Below are positions 38,627 to 60,630 of a stretch of 64,000 nt of DNA, piece after piece. The position numbers and the translations under genes were made by a program. Source of the stretch: Macrostomum lignano (Eukaryota); assembly GCA_002269645.1 (NCBI GenBank), contig NIVC01000016.1, positions 248,001-312,000 on the forward strand, in the 5' to 3' direction. Positions within the stretch are counted from its first letter, which is position 1. The number at the start of each line of letters is the position of its first letter. Below the pieces are notes generated by a model that made no database searches, was not told the DNA's origin, and saw only the letters and a program-made list of their open reading frames with translations.

Positions 38627-40190
38627 GATGTTTTAAGCTAGGTTAATCGTTAGTAAACATTTCGTTTAGTTTCAGAGTTTTTCTCTCGTCAAGAAATATA
38701 CATCATCACAATGGGATACCATGCACTGAAGATGGATGCACTCCTGATTTTCCCAGTCGCAACAATAGGAAAAATCGATATAAAACGTTTTCCATTGTGT
38801 TTCAGAGTTTTCCTCTTTGTCTGCCTTTTGCTTTTAGGCAGTGAAGGTGAGCACGGTTTTATCTGGCATTGACCTGACTGATCAATCTGGTCAAAAGCCG
38901 AGAAAGCAATGTGAAAGGACCCCTAAAAGAGTTTTAGGCTAAAAAAATCGAAGAGAGTCGGATCGGTGCTAACTAGTGCACAGCAGTTCTTCAACTGCAA
39001 GTCCCGCACACTGTGCTCAACTCCGACCCAAACTATATTGATTGATTGCATTTGAGAAGTTTAGCGGAGAAAGTCGCGCGCGGGGGCGCACACACAGCTG
39101 TCCTATCCGTCCCGTCGTTGAAACTTCAGCTTGAATTGAGCTGGGGGGGGGTCCTTGCCTAGCCTAGACTGTAGAGTTCAGTATCTTCCCAGCCCCGTGC
39201 CAGCTTTTTCTCAGCGCCCGAGCTGTCCCTCAACTCAGCTCAGCCAAACTGAATTCCCATTAATTGGGTTTGGGGAGGCAGCAGGGAGCAGGGGTAGCTG
39301 TGGAGTTTCCGAGACAAGTGACTTTGGGGGGCTGGCCGGCCCCCGTTCCCGCGCGGCGAGAAGGCAAAACACAGCCGCTGCGGCCAATGAATCTCTTCGG
39401 AAGCGGCCAAGCGGAGACGTCTTGCAGAGGTGAGGGGGTCTGGCTTAAAACTGTTGGGCTTTTCTTGAAGGGGGACAGGAGGTTCGGGCAAAAAAGCAAA
39501 GAAAAAAGGGCCATCAGCCGCCGTGCGAGGTTTCCTGCAGAGTAACGGAGACGCCGCCAGTGCTGATATTCCTCTACTGGTTGGTTGCTGGGGCTCGACT
39601 GCCCACATCCAATCTCCACTCGCTGTGCTGCGGACTGCCTGGTCTCCCCCTTCATCTTCCCCTGCCCCCCCGCCGTCCCTGTTGTCCCTATTTTCACCCT
39701 CCCGTCACCAGTTATTTCTATTAGGCCTCGTTTACTAAAGCGCAGTCATCTACTTCACCGCAGTCGGCCTCGCAGGTGTGAATTACGCGCGACTGACTAC
39801 CAGGTGGTTGAAGGCTCGGTCCCCTGCGCGCCACGCCCGGTTTAATTTAGCCAATATTGCCAAGAGTGCATCCGCGCAGTATCGTGACTTTTGCTTCCGT
39901 TGCTTGAAGAGCCAGACGCTGTTTCTTGTTGCAACTGGACAGCTGGAAGGCGGATGTCTCCTCTAGCTTGGCTTGGCGTTGTCTGCCTTCTGGCTGCAAC
40001 TGCTCCTGGTAAGCTGGCTTCTTCTGCGGACTTGCTTTTGGATTCGCGGGACTTGAGCTGAACCGTACATGTAGCATGAGTTGGAGACCCGCCAGGTTTT
40101 GTTACAGACGGTTAGTGAGTTCGCAACTTGTCACACATGTACACTCTGTGTGCCTTGATGGCTGGCCGTCGCGTGCATGAATAGCACGAC

Positions 40191-40869
40191 CAAGGACAAC
40201 TTAAGTAGAAGGACGCAGCACTCGAAATCTATGGTAAATGTTTTGAAGGCAACTTTTCGCCGAAAATACATTACAGAGATAGGAGGTTTTAATTTTTTCA
40301 GTACAAAAATTGTTAGCTCGTATTGCTTTTGATAGGAGGCAGATCCAGTGTTCATCTTTTGATATGTTGTGCCTTTCTTATAGCTCTATCGATATTCATA
40401 AAACTTTTCGTTCAGAAATAGTTTTTAAGGCAGGTTTCACCGGAAAAATATACTACAGAGATAGGAAATTTTACGGTTTTCAACACTAAACAATGATTGG
40501 GTCTCTTAACAGTGTCAGAGAAAGTCCTAATCACACTATTTTGTGCCTCACATGCTGCTCTAACGACGCATTAATCGATTTTTCATGTTAAATTGGTCTG
40601 TCATTTGAAAAAAACGTCTTAAAATAATGACAAGACCAATTTAAGATTAAAAATCGATTAATGCGTCGTTAGAGCAGCATGTGAGGCACAAAATAGTGTG
40701 ATTAGGACTTTCTCTGACACTGTTAAGAGACCCAATCATTGTTTTAGTGTTGAAAATCGTGAAATTTCCTATCTCCGTAGTGTATTTTTCGGCGAAAAGT
40801 TGCCTTCAAAACATTTACCATAGATTTCGAGTGTAGCGTCCTATATATATGTTACTTGAGTAGTCCTTG
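40191..40869. mobile_element. Second non-autonomous CAAGG-TIR element with 8-bp TSD and an internal long palindrome
   Basis: Termini are CAAGGAC...GTCCTTG, with TSD AGCACGAC at 40183-40190 and 40870-40877. The left arm is homologous to 8145-8365. About 40440-40590 is an inverted repeat of about 40645-40795. Confidence 0.9.
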
Positions 40870-41500
40870 AGCACGACAGGCCCATTTTCGATTGACATCA
40901 TACCAAACGTACCCCAGTTTTAGCCCTCTGTTGAATGCAAAACAATAATAATAAAAATGAAAACTTGTTCAAGCAGCGTTTGTTTGATGTTGAACCTGCC
41001 GGATGCAACTGCGCATCGCGATAAGTGCGACGGGCGAGCGGTGGGGGGGGGGAAGTGCGCAGCCGGCTCTAATCAGCTGCGCTGGGAGATCAAACTCGGG
41101 AGCCGGTGCAGCCTTTTTGACCTTTTCCAAGAAAGTCTTCATAGCGATTTTTTTGTCTCCTGCAGTATTCTTCCGCTGGGAATTCTGCTCACGGTTGAAT
41201 TCAGTCCCTTCTGTTCATTATAAATCCCTCTTCGTCTGCTTCTAAAAGAGAACAGCATTGGATCTCGGAAAATTGCCCCAAGCCCGGCTAATTCAGCCCC
41301 CCCCCCCTGTAATCTGTTCGATGAATCTTCTAACTGAGAGCCTGGCTCCCGGCTCCGCTCTTATCTCTCTATCGGCAATTTTATTCCCAAAGTAAGGTTC
41401 TTTCTCCTCGCAGCCGACCGAACTTGGCTTTAATTGTATCGATGTCTGCTGCCTCGCGATTCACTGGCACTGGCCTCTTTCGCGTGGCCAAACTTTCCAG

Positions 41501-50744
<9,244 letters not shown>

Positions 50745-50827
50745 AACTGCTGCGTTGGTTTGGGGCTTGGGTGTCGGCTGTGCCCTTGGACTTTTGACTA
50801 AAGTTTCTTTAATGTATCTCACCGCTT

Positions 50828-51580
50828 GGAATCTCTACTCAGTCCATTTCTAACCCAGTCAGCCCACCTCACTCCCCTTGACGCGCACTGCTCTGTCCTC
50901 AGTCCATTTCTAACCCAGCCAGCCCCACCTCACTCCCCTTGACGCGCACTGCTCTGTCCTCAGTCCATTTATAACTCAGCCAGCCTCACCTCACTCCCCT
51001 TGACTCGCACTGCTCTGTCCTCAGTCCATTTATAACCCAGCCAGCCCCACCTCACTCCCCTTGACTCGCACTGCTCTGTCCTCAGTCCATTTCTAACCCA
51101 GCAAGCCCCACCTCACTCCCCTTGACTCGCACTGCTCTCTCCTCAGTCCATTTCTAACCCATCCAGCCCCACCTCACTCCCCTTGACGCACACCACTCTC
51201 TCCTCAGTCCATTTATAACCCAGCAAGCCCCACCTCACTCCCCTTGACTCGCACTGCTTTCTCCTCAGTCCATTTCTAACCCAGCCAGCCCCACCTCACT
51301 CCCCTTGACGCACACCACTCTCTCCTCACTCCATTTATAACCCAGCAAGCCCCACCTCACTCCCCTTGACGCGCACTGCTCTGTCCTCAGTCCATTTATA
51401 ACCCAGCAAGCCCCACCTCACTCCCCTTGACTCGCACTGCTTTCTCCTCAGTCCATTTCTAACCCAGCCAGCCCCACCTCACTCCCCTTGACGCACACCA
51501 CTCTCTCCTCACTCCATTTATAACCCAGCAAGCCCCACCTCACTCCCCTTGACTCGCACTGCTCTGTCCTCAGTCCAATT
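50828..51580 (+). repeat. ~61-bp minisatellite downstream of the nAChR stop
   Basis: CAGTCCATTT recurs at 50840, 50900 and 50961. Confidence 0.92.
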
Positions 51581-52124
51581 GACACCGTGCCGCTTCACAC
51601 TGCTTCCAGAAGTCTCATCGTTGAATGCTAAAACTGCCTCACTTCGCTTAGCTCTCGATGATCAGAGTGACTTCTTGCTTATGTTTTGATTTTTAACGCA
51701 TTCAATCTCCCACAGTTGAGCGCAATTTATCAATCAAGTCAATTTCCTAACTGTTGAATTTGGTATTGTTTCTTAATGCTCTGTTTCAGTGTACTATTTT
51801 CAGAATTTGTATATAGAAATTGCGAATTTCCTGTGCAGCACAAATATAGGTAGTAAAAGCTTTCAAAGCAGCCGATTTCCTGAGTAGCTTTTCACCTGGA
51901 TCCTGCCATTCTATTTTGCGACTATTTTGTAAATTAATTTTAGCCCCCATAAGCCCGCTCTATCTATATTTATATTCAATAAATATAGCCCTCTGAACTG
52001 AGGAATGACGCTACAATATCGCATCAAGTGGGCAAATTAGTTGATTGAGATAAATGGCTTTTCGTTTTGATTAAAACTTCTCAACATTATATGCTACTTT
52101 TTGTTTTTAAGTGTTATTGTCAAT

Positions 52125-52350
52125 AGACTCGTAGAGAGCTCGTCTCTGATTGGAGGAGCGAGGTAGAGAGGAAAGGACACGGTATGAGAGCTCGTTTCTG
52201 ATTCGAGGAGTGGGTTAGAGAGGAAAGGACACGGTATGAGAGCTCGTCTCTGATTGGAGGAGCGGGTTAAAGAGGAAAGGACACGGTATGAGAGGTCGTC
52301 TCTGATTGGAGGAGCGGGGTAGAGAGGAAAGGACACGGTATGAGAGCTCC
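52125..52350 (+). repeat. 52-bp minisatellite
   Basis: GAAAGGACACGGTATGAGAG recurs at 52171 and 52223. Confidence 0.85.
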
Positions 52351-52974
52351 TCGTTAGTTGGGTGAGGGGGTAGAGAAGAAGAGACACAACTTACTGAGTG
52401 TTCATTTCAATACCATTTAGCGTGAGTATACTCGTAGTTACTCCGAATGCCGAATGGAAGCCGTAGCTTTGCCTGAACTTGAAACTTAAGTTTGATAATC
52501 TAAGAGAGCCCAGTTTAAATTTGGGTGAAACAACGGAACAATGGAGACAGTGTTAGTTAGAGTTCGCGAACCGTAAAGAAAGGGCCACTAGCCCGGCTGA
52601 CCCTGGCTTAGCATGCTGTGACCATTCTTTGACTAATGGCCTGCTAAGCTTATTAGCCTTACAATGGACTGAGACAGGAGTTCTGGGCACCTACAATGTA
52701 GGTATCATCTTTTGAACCCGGTGCAAAATGAACAGGCCTGCAGCAGAATTTTAAAAAGAGGGCAAGTTAAATTGCAGTTTAATGACGTGAGAAGCGCCAT
52801 CTTGACAAGCAGAGGAAACCTCAATGCAAAAGCATTTGAGATTGCTTTCACAATTGCCACAGAAGATCACAGTCTTCTTGTATAGACGGAGTCTGGTAGA
52901 AAACTGAATGAGATTGATTGATTTGGATCACTGCCGCTGCAAATGAAAGGAGCGTGTTACCGTGAAAACTACTG

Positions 52975-53704
<730 letters not shown>

Positions 53705-54305
53705 TCTTGTTAATTAGCATGCTGTTAGCTTCTGCCACCGCACAATAGTGAGTAGGGTTTTTGAGTAGTCGCTGAGCAGCTGGCCAGAGTGCAGGGCTCG
53801 CACTCGAGCACAGATCAGAGAGAAGAGCCACACCCGCACACCGCATGTGTTTGCCGATACCACCGCTGTAGCAGCAGCCATTGTGCCCACATCGCAACGG
53901 AAGAAGAGGCACAAGGCTCACCCAGTCTTCTCTGCCCCCCCCGCCCCAGCAACGCAGAAGAGCCACGCGGAGAGTCAGTCGGTGCCAAACTCATGGCAAG
54001 GCCATAAGGAGTTGATTTTCCTTCAATTCTCACAACTTGAATGAGTCGCCAGCAGCTTAGAGTCCTCGCTATGGAAGACTCACCCACGCACACATTTGCA
54101 CTACTCATTCTTCTCTTCTCTCTCTCTCCAGACTCTCCTCATTGGTTCTCAGCCCGCCTGTTTCTATGCAAACAGAGAAGCGCTGCCTGCTGCTCAAGAG
54201 CCGGCTCGGAGATCATCTGGATTCCCCGGGCAAGCCTTCCAAGCCAGCCTCCGTGCTGCATCAGCCCGAGTTTCAGATACGAGTAGTAAGAGCCAGCCTC
54301 TGTTG

Positions 54306-57300
54306 ATGCCAACTGGAATTATCAAGCCGTGAGTTGGTGAAACATTCTTTGTTCACTGTTGCTACATGGGACGAGTTCAAACTCAAGATGCCCCCTCCCT
54401 GATTTGCAGGGCCGGAGCCCTGGCGCAGAGGGCCCCAAGGGCGGCAGGTTCAGGAGTTGGGAAGTCTGCCAAGTCTGCGACCGCCAGCTTTCACGCCTAT
54501 GTGGCTGTCAGGTACTGCCTGACCGTGTGAATATCGATTTTCCAGTTCAATACTGACATTCGATTCACGGCCTGAACCTTGATTCACTCCTGAAACCCCC
54601 GAAGCCCGCTCCAGAATCCTACAGCTCACTCCAGAAGCCTACAACTCACTCCAGATACCTACAGCTCACCCCATAAACCTAAAGCTCACTCCAGAAACCT
54701 ACAGCTCACTCCTGAAACCTACAGCTCACTCCCGAAGCCTACATCTCACTCCAGAAACCTACAGGTTACTCTCGAAACCTACAGCTCACTCCAGAAACCT
54801 ACAGGTTACTCTCGAAACCTACAGCTCACTACAGAAACCTACATCTCACTCCAGAAACCTACAGCTCACTACAGAAACCTGCAGCTCACTTTAGAAACCT
54901 ACATCTCACTCCAGAAACCTACAGCTCACTTTAGAAACCTACAGCTCACTCCAGAAACCTACATCTCACTCCAGAAACCTACAGCTCACTTTAGAAACCT
55001 ACATCTCACTCCAGAAACCTACAGCTCACTTTAGAAACCTACATCTCACTCCAGAAACCTACATCCCACTCCAGAAACCTACATCTCACTCCAGAAACCT
55101 ACAGCTCACTCTCGAAACCTACATCTCACTCCAGAAACCTACAGCTCACTCTCGAAACCTAAAGCTCACTCCAGAAACCTACAGTTCACTCCAGAAACCT
55201 ACAGTTCACTCCAGAAACCTACAGTTCACTCCAGAAACCTACAACTCACTCCAGAAACCTACAGTTCACTCCAGAAACCTACAGCTTACTCCCGAAACTT
55301 ACAGCTCACTCCCAAAACCTACATCTCACTCCAGAAGCTTACAGTTCACTCTCTAAACCCGCATCACTCCAGAGTGAGGCCGCCCGAGCAGCCGTCGCCC
55401 AAGTGGCAGCCGCTGATCCGTTACCCCGGCAACGCCAGTCTGGCCTTCAACTGGCAGGGAATGCAGCGCGTCTTCAACTTCGACGTGGTCTTCGAGGAGG
55501 CGGCGAGTCAGTCGGAGGTGTTCGACAACTGCGGCGTGAAGGATCTGATTCAGTTGGCTCTGGAGGGGTGAGCCTCGGTACTCTGCCACTCTGGTGGGTT
55601 TTCCCAGACTAATAGAACTGACTCATCCCCCTAATTATTGCAGCTACAACTGCACCTGCTTTGCATACGGTCAGACGAACAGCGGTAAAACTTACACAAT
55701 GACCGGACCGCCTGATGAGGTACCTCTGCTGCAGTGCGCACTGCTTTGGGAGGAAACGCTTGCATTAGCCGCGGCTAGCAGAGAGTAGAATGAGAAAATA
55801 TGTAGCGCCGTAGGCTACTGGAGTGAGCTGTAGGTTACTGGAGTGAGCTGTAGGTTACTGGAGTGAGCTGTAGGTTACTGAAGTGAGCTGTAGGTTACTG
55901 GAGTGAGCTGAATGTTACTGGAGTGAGCTGTAGGTTACTGAAGTGAGCTGTAGGTTACTGAAGTGAGCTGTAGGTTACTGAAGTGAGCTGTGGATTACAT
56001 GGTGTGAGCTGTAGGAAGTTTCAGGACTGAGCTGTAGGTTTCAGGAGTGAGCTGTAGGTTACTGGAGTGAGCTGTAGGTTACTGGAGTGAGCTGTAGGTT
56101 ACTGGAGTGAGCTGAATGTTACTGGAGTCAGCTGAATGTTACTGGAGTGAGCCGTAGGTTTCAGGAGTGAGTTGTAGGTTACTGAAGTGAGCTGTGGTTA
56201 CTGAAGTGAGCTGTGGATTACATGGTGTGAGCTGTAGGAAGTTTCAGGAGTGAGCTGTAGGTTTCAGGAGTGATCTATGGATCCTGTATCATCTCCCGAA
56301 AATCTGCAGACCCAGCAGCACGGAGTGTCGGGCTTGGCCGGCCAGTCCAGAGGCCTGGTTCCGAGGTCGTTCACGCACATTTTCGACCTGCTCCGGAGTC
56401 GCGGCGCCCAAGGCTTCAAAGTGTACGCCACTTACTTTGAGATCTACAATGAACAGGTGGGGATATATTTGTTGTAGGAATTTTAACTGGCTTCGTATGG
56501 AATTTTTACGACTCAATAATCCACTCATGCCCGCAGATTACCGACCTTCTTAATCCCCGGTCAATTTATCCCCACACAATTCGCTGGAGCTCAACATCCG
56601 GCTTCTACGTTGACAATTTGTTTGTGATTGAGTGCGACTCTGCCGACGACCTGATGGGCGTGCTGGCCGCGGGTGAGGCTCGGGAGTGATAGTAGCGGAG
56701 TGACAGAATCGGAGTGTTGCAAAAGGAGTGACAGAATCGGAGTGATGCAAAAGGAGTGACATAATCGGAGTGATGCAAAAGGAGTGACAGAATCGGAGTG
56801 TTGCAAAAGGAGTGACAGAATCGGAGTGTTGCAAAAGGAGTGACAGAATCGGAGTGTTGCAAAAGGAGTGATGCAAAGCAGTGACAGAATCGGAGTGACG
56901 GAATCGGAGTGACAAAATCGGAGTGATGCAAAAGGAGTGACAGAATCGGAGTGTTGCAAAAGGAGTGATGCAAAGCAGTGACAGAATCGGAGTGACGGAA
57001 TCGGAGTGACAAAATCGGAGTGACAGAATCGGAGTGACAAAATCGGAGTGACAAAATCGGAGTGACAGAGTCAGAGTGACAGAATCGGAGTGACAGAATC
57101 GGAGTGACAGAATCGGAGTGACAGAATCGGAGTGACAGAATCGGAGTGACAGAATCGGAGTGACAGAATCGGAGTGACAGAATCGGAGTGACAGAATCGG
57201 AGTGACAGAATTGGAGTAACAGAATCAGAGTGACAGAATCAGAGTGACAGAATCGAATCGGAGTGATAATATCGCAATTAATAGCTCGTAGAGGAAAGAG

Positions 57301-60300
57301 TTATATTCGAGACTTTTAAAATGCAATCAGCCTTGTGTATAATAACCCATAAGAATATAAAAACATAGAAAAACCGCTATTGAAACTACTGATGATAGCT
57401 TGAAGTAGTCAGTAGCGATTTTTACAACCCGACTAAAAAAAACATGATAGAACAATATTCTTACTCGTCAAACAGGCCTCGCCAACCGCAGGATGGACCG
57501 GGGCAGCCAGAACGAATTTTCGAGCCGGTCGCACAGCCTCTTCTCGATCATGATTGACACGCAGGCGCCCGGGGAGGCCGGCAGCGGCCAGGCCACGGTG
57601 ACCCGGCACGGCAAGCTCACCTTTGTTGATCTCGCCGGTGAGACACTGGACACCCTGATACCCCTCACCCTGATACCCCATACCCTGGTATCCCACACCT
57701 TAATACCCCACACCCTGATACCCACACCCTGATACCCCACACCCTGATATCCAACACCATGATACCCCATACCCTGACACCCCATACCCTGACACCCCAC
57801 ACCTTGACACCCCATACCCTGATACCCCACACCCTACCCAACACCCTGATACCCCACACCCTGATACCCAACACCATGATACCTCACACCCTAATACCCC
57901 ACACCCTGATACCCAACACCATGATACCACACACCCTGATACCCCACACCCTGATACCCAACACCATGATACCCCATACCCTGACACCCCATACCCTGAC
58001 ACCCCACACCTTGACACCCCATACCCTGATACCCCACACCCTACCCAACACCCTGATACCCCACACCCTGATACCCAACACCATGATACCACACACCCTG
58101 ATACCCCACACCCTGATACCCAACACCATGATACCCCATACCCTGACACCCCATACCCTGACACCCCACACCTTGACACCCCATACCCTGATACCCCACA
58201 CCCTACCCAACACCCTGATACCCCACACCCTGATACCCAACACCATGATACCTCACACCCTAATACCCCACACCCTGATACCCAACACCATGATACCACA
58301 CACCCTGATACCCCACACCCTGATACCCAACACCATGATACCCCATACCCTGACACCCCATACCCTGACACCCCACACCCTGATACCCCATACCCTGATA
58401 CCCCACACCCTACCCAACACCCTGATACCCCACACCCTGATACCCAACACCATGATACCCCACACCCTAATACCCCACACCCTGATACCCAACACCATGA
58501 TACCACACACCCTGATACCCCACACCCTGATACCCAACACCATGATACCCCATACCCTGACACCCCATACCCTGACACCCCACACCCTGATACCCAACAC
58601 CATGATACCCCACACCCGGCACTTTGCAGGGAGCGAGAGCACCGGCAGCTCAGTGGCCAGAGAGCCGGACCAGATGCTGGAGACAAGCACCATCAACAAG
58701 AGCCTCCTGGTGCTGGGCAATTGCATCTCGGCTCTCTCCGATCCCAAGAAGCGAGCCGGTCACGTACCCTACAGGGACAGCAAGCTGACCAAACTGCTGT
58801 CAGACTCTCTGGGGGCAGCGGCGTCTCATTGATGGTGAAGCCTTTGAATTACTCAATTCTGGGTCTTTAGGTTCAGGACCAAGGTCTACATGTAGGTCTA
58901 GGTGTCAGAAGCTTTTAGGTTAGCCATCATTTTAATGTGCCAGTGTCATGTTTCAGGGTGTTGTTTCAGATGGTTTTAGTGGCAGGTTTTTTGGGTGTCA
59001 GGGGTTTTGGGTGTCAGGGGTTTTGGGTGTCAGGGGTTTTAGGTGTCAGGGGTTTTGGGTGTCAGGGGTTTTAGGTGTCAGGGGTTTTGGGTGTCAGGAG
59101 TTTTGGGTGTCAGGGGTTTTGGGTGTCAGGGGTTTTGAGTGTCAGGGGTTTTAGGTGTCAGGGGTTTTGGGTGTCAGGGGTTTTGGGTGTCAGGGGTTTT
59201 GAGTGTCAGGGGTTTTAGGTGTCAAGGGTTTCGGGTGTTAATGGTTTTGGGTATCAGGGGTTTCGGGTGTTAATGGTTTTGGGTGTTAAGGGTTTTGGGT
59301 TTCAGGGGTTTTGAGTGTCAGGGGTTTTGAGTGTCTGGGGTTTTGAGTGTCAGGGGTTTTGGGTGTCAGGGGTTTTTAGTGTCAGGGGTTTTTGGTGTCA
59401 AGGGTTTTGGGTGTCAGGGGTTTTGGGTGTCAGGGGTTTTCGATGTCAGAGGTTTTGAGTGTCAGGGGTTTTGGGAGGCCCTAAGCAACCGCAATCCCCA
59501 CCCCAACTCTGGCAGATCGCCTGCGTGAACCCCAGCCCCGAGCAGGGCAGCGAGACTGTCAACACGCTCCGATACGCCAGCAGGGCCAAGCGGATCGAAG
59601 TTTGCCCGGAGGTCAACTTGGTGAGTTGAATACCGTTGCCTACAGCTGCACTCTACTTTAAGCATCAGCACAGGGCAGCTCAACCTTGCTCAGCCAGTCT
59701 CACTGCCTTACCCTAAACATCGGCTACCTAACACCACTCTACACTAAAAATTGGCTACCCAACCTCACTCTACCCTAAACATCGGCTACCCAACCTCACT
59801 CTACACTAAACATCGGCTACCCAACCCCTCTCTACCCTAAACATCGGCTACCCAACCTCACTCTACCCTAAACATCGGCTACCCGACCTCACTCTACCCT
59901 AAACATCGGCTACCTAACCTCACTCTACACTAAACATCGGCTACCCAACCTCACTCTAACCTAAATATCGGCTACCCAACCTCACTCTACACTAAACATC
60001 GGCTACCCAACCTCACTCTACACTAAACATCGGCTACCCAACCTCACTCTACCCTAAACATCGGCTACCCAACCTCACTCTACCCTAAACATCGGCTACC
60101 CAACCTCACTCTACCCTAAACATCGGCTACCCAACCTCACTCTACCCTAAACGCAGGACCCGCAGGAGAAGCTGCTGCGCTCGCTGAAGCGGGAGGTCGC
60201 CAGCCTGCGCCAGGAGAACGGCTCCCTGCGCGAGCAGCTCCGCACCAGCGCCGCGCAAAGCGAAGCTGGCGGTGCCACCGCCGTCGACCGCAGCGGAGGC

Positions 60301-60591
60301 CGCGGCGACACGGGGCGCCTCGTCAGGAGCCGGGAGGCGAGCCTGGGCGGCTCCGATGATCAACGGTCAAATCCAGCGGCAGCCGGCGCCGCGGCAGCCC
60401 GGCCGGTGTCGAAGGGCAGCTACCAGAGCCTGTACGAGATGCTGCAGGAGTACATGCAGGAGAATGAGACGCTGCGCTCGGAGAACCTGGACTTGGCCAA
60501 GCACCAGACCGACTACAGGCGCGAGCAGAACCAGCTCTCTGAGGAGAACCGGCGGCTGGCCAGCCAGCTGAGCCGGATGAGGCGGCAGTTC

Positions 60592-60630
<39 letters not shown>

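Noticed and set aside
52956-52969. Second X-box-like motif GTTACCGTGAAAAC
   Set aside because: The right half-site has two mismatches to RGYAAC, too weak to call.
57700-58686. Gly/Cys/Val-rich keratin-associated-like ORF
   Set aside because: Antisense translation of the 15-bp kinesin intron 7 satellite.
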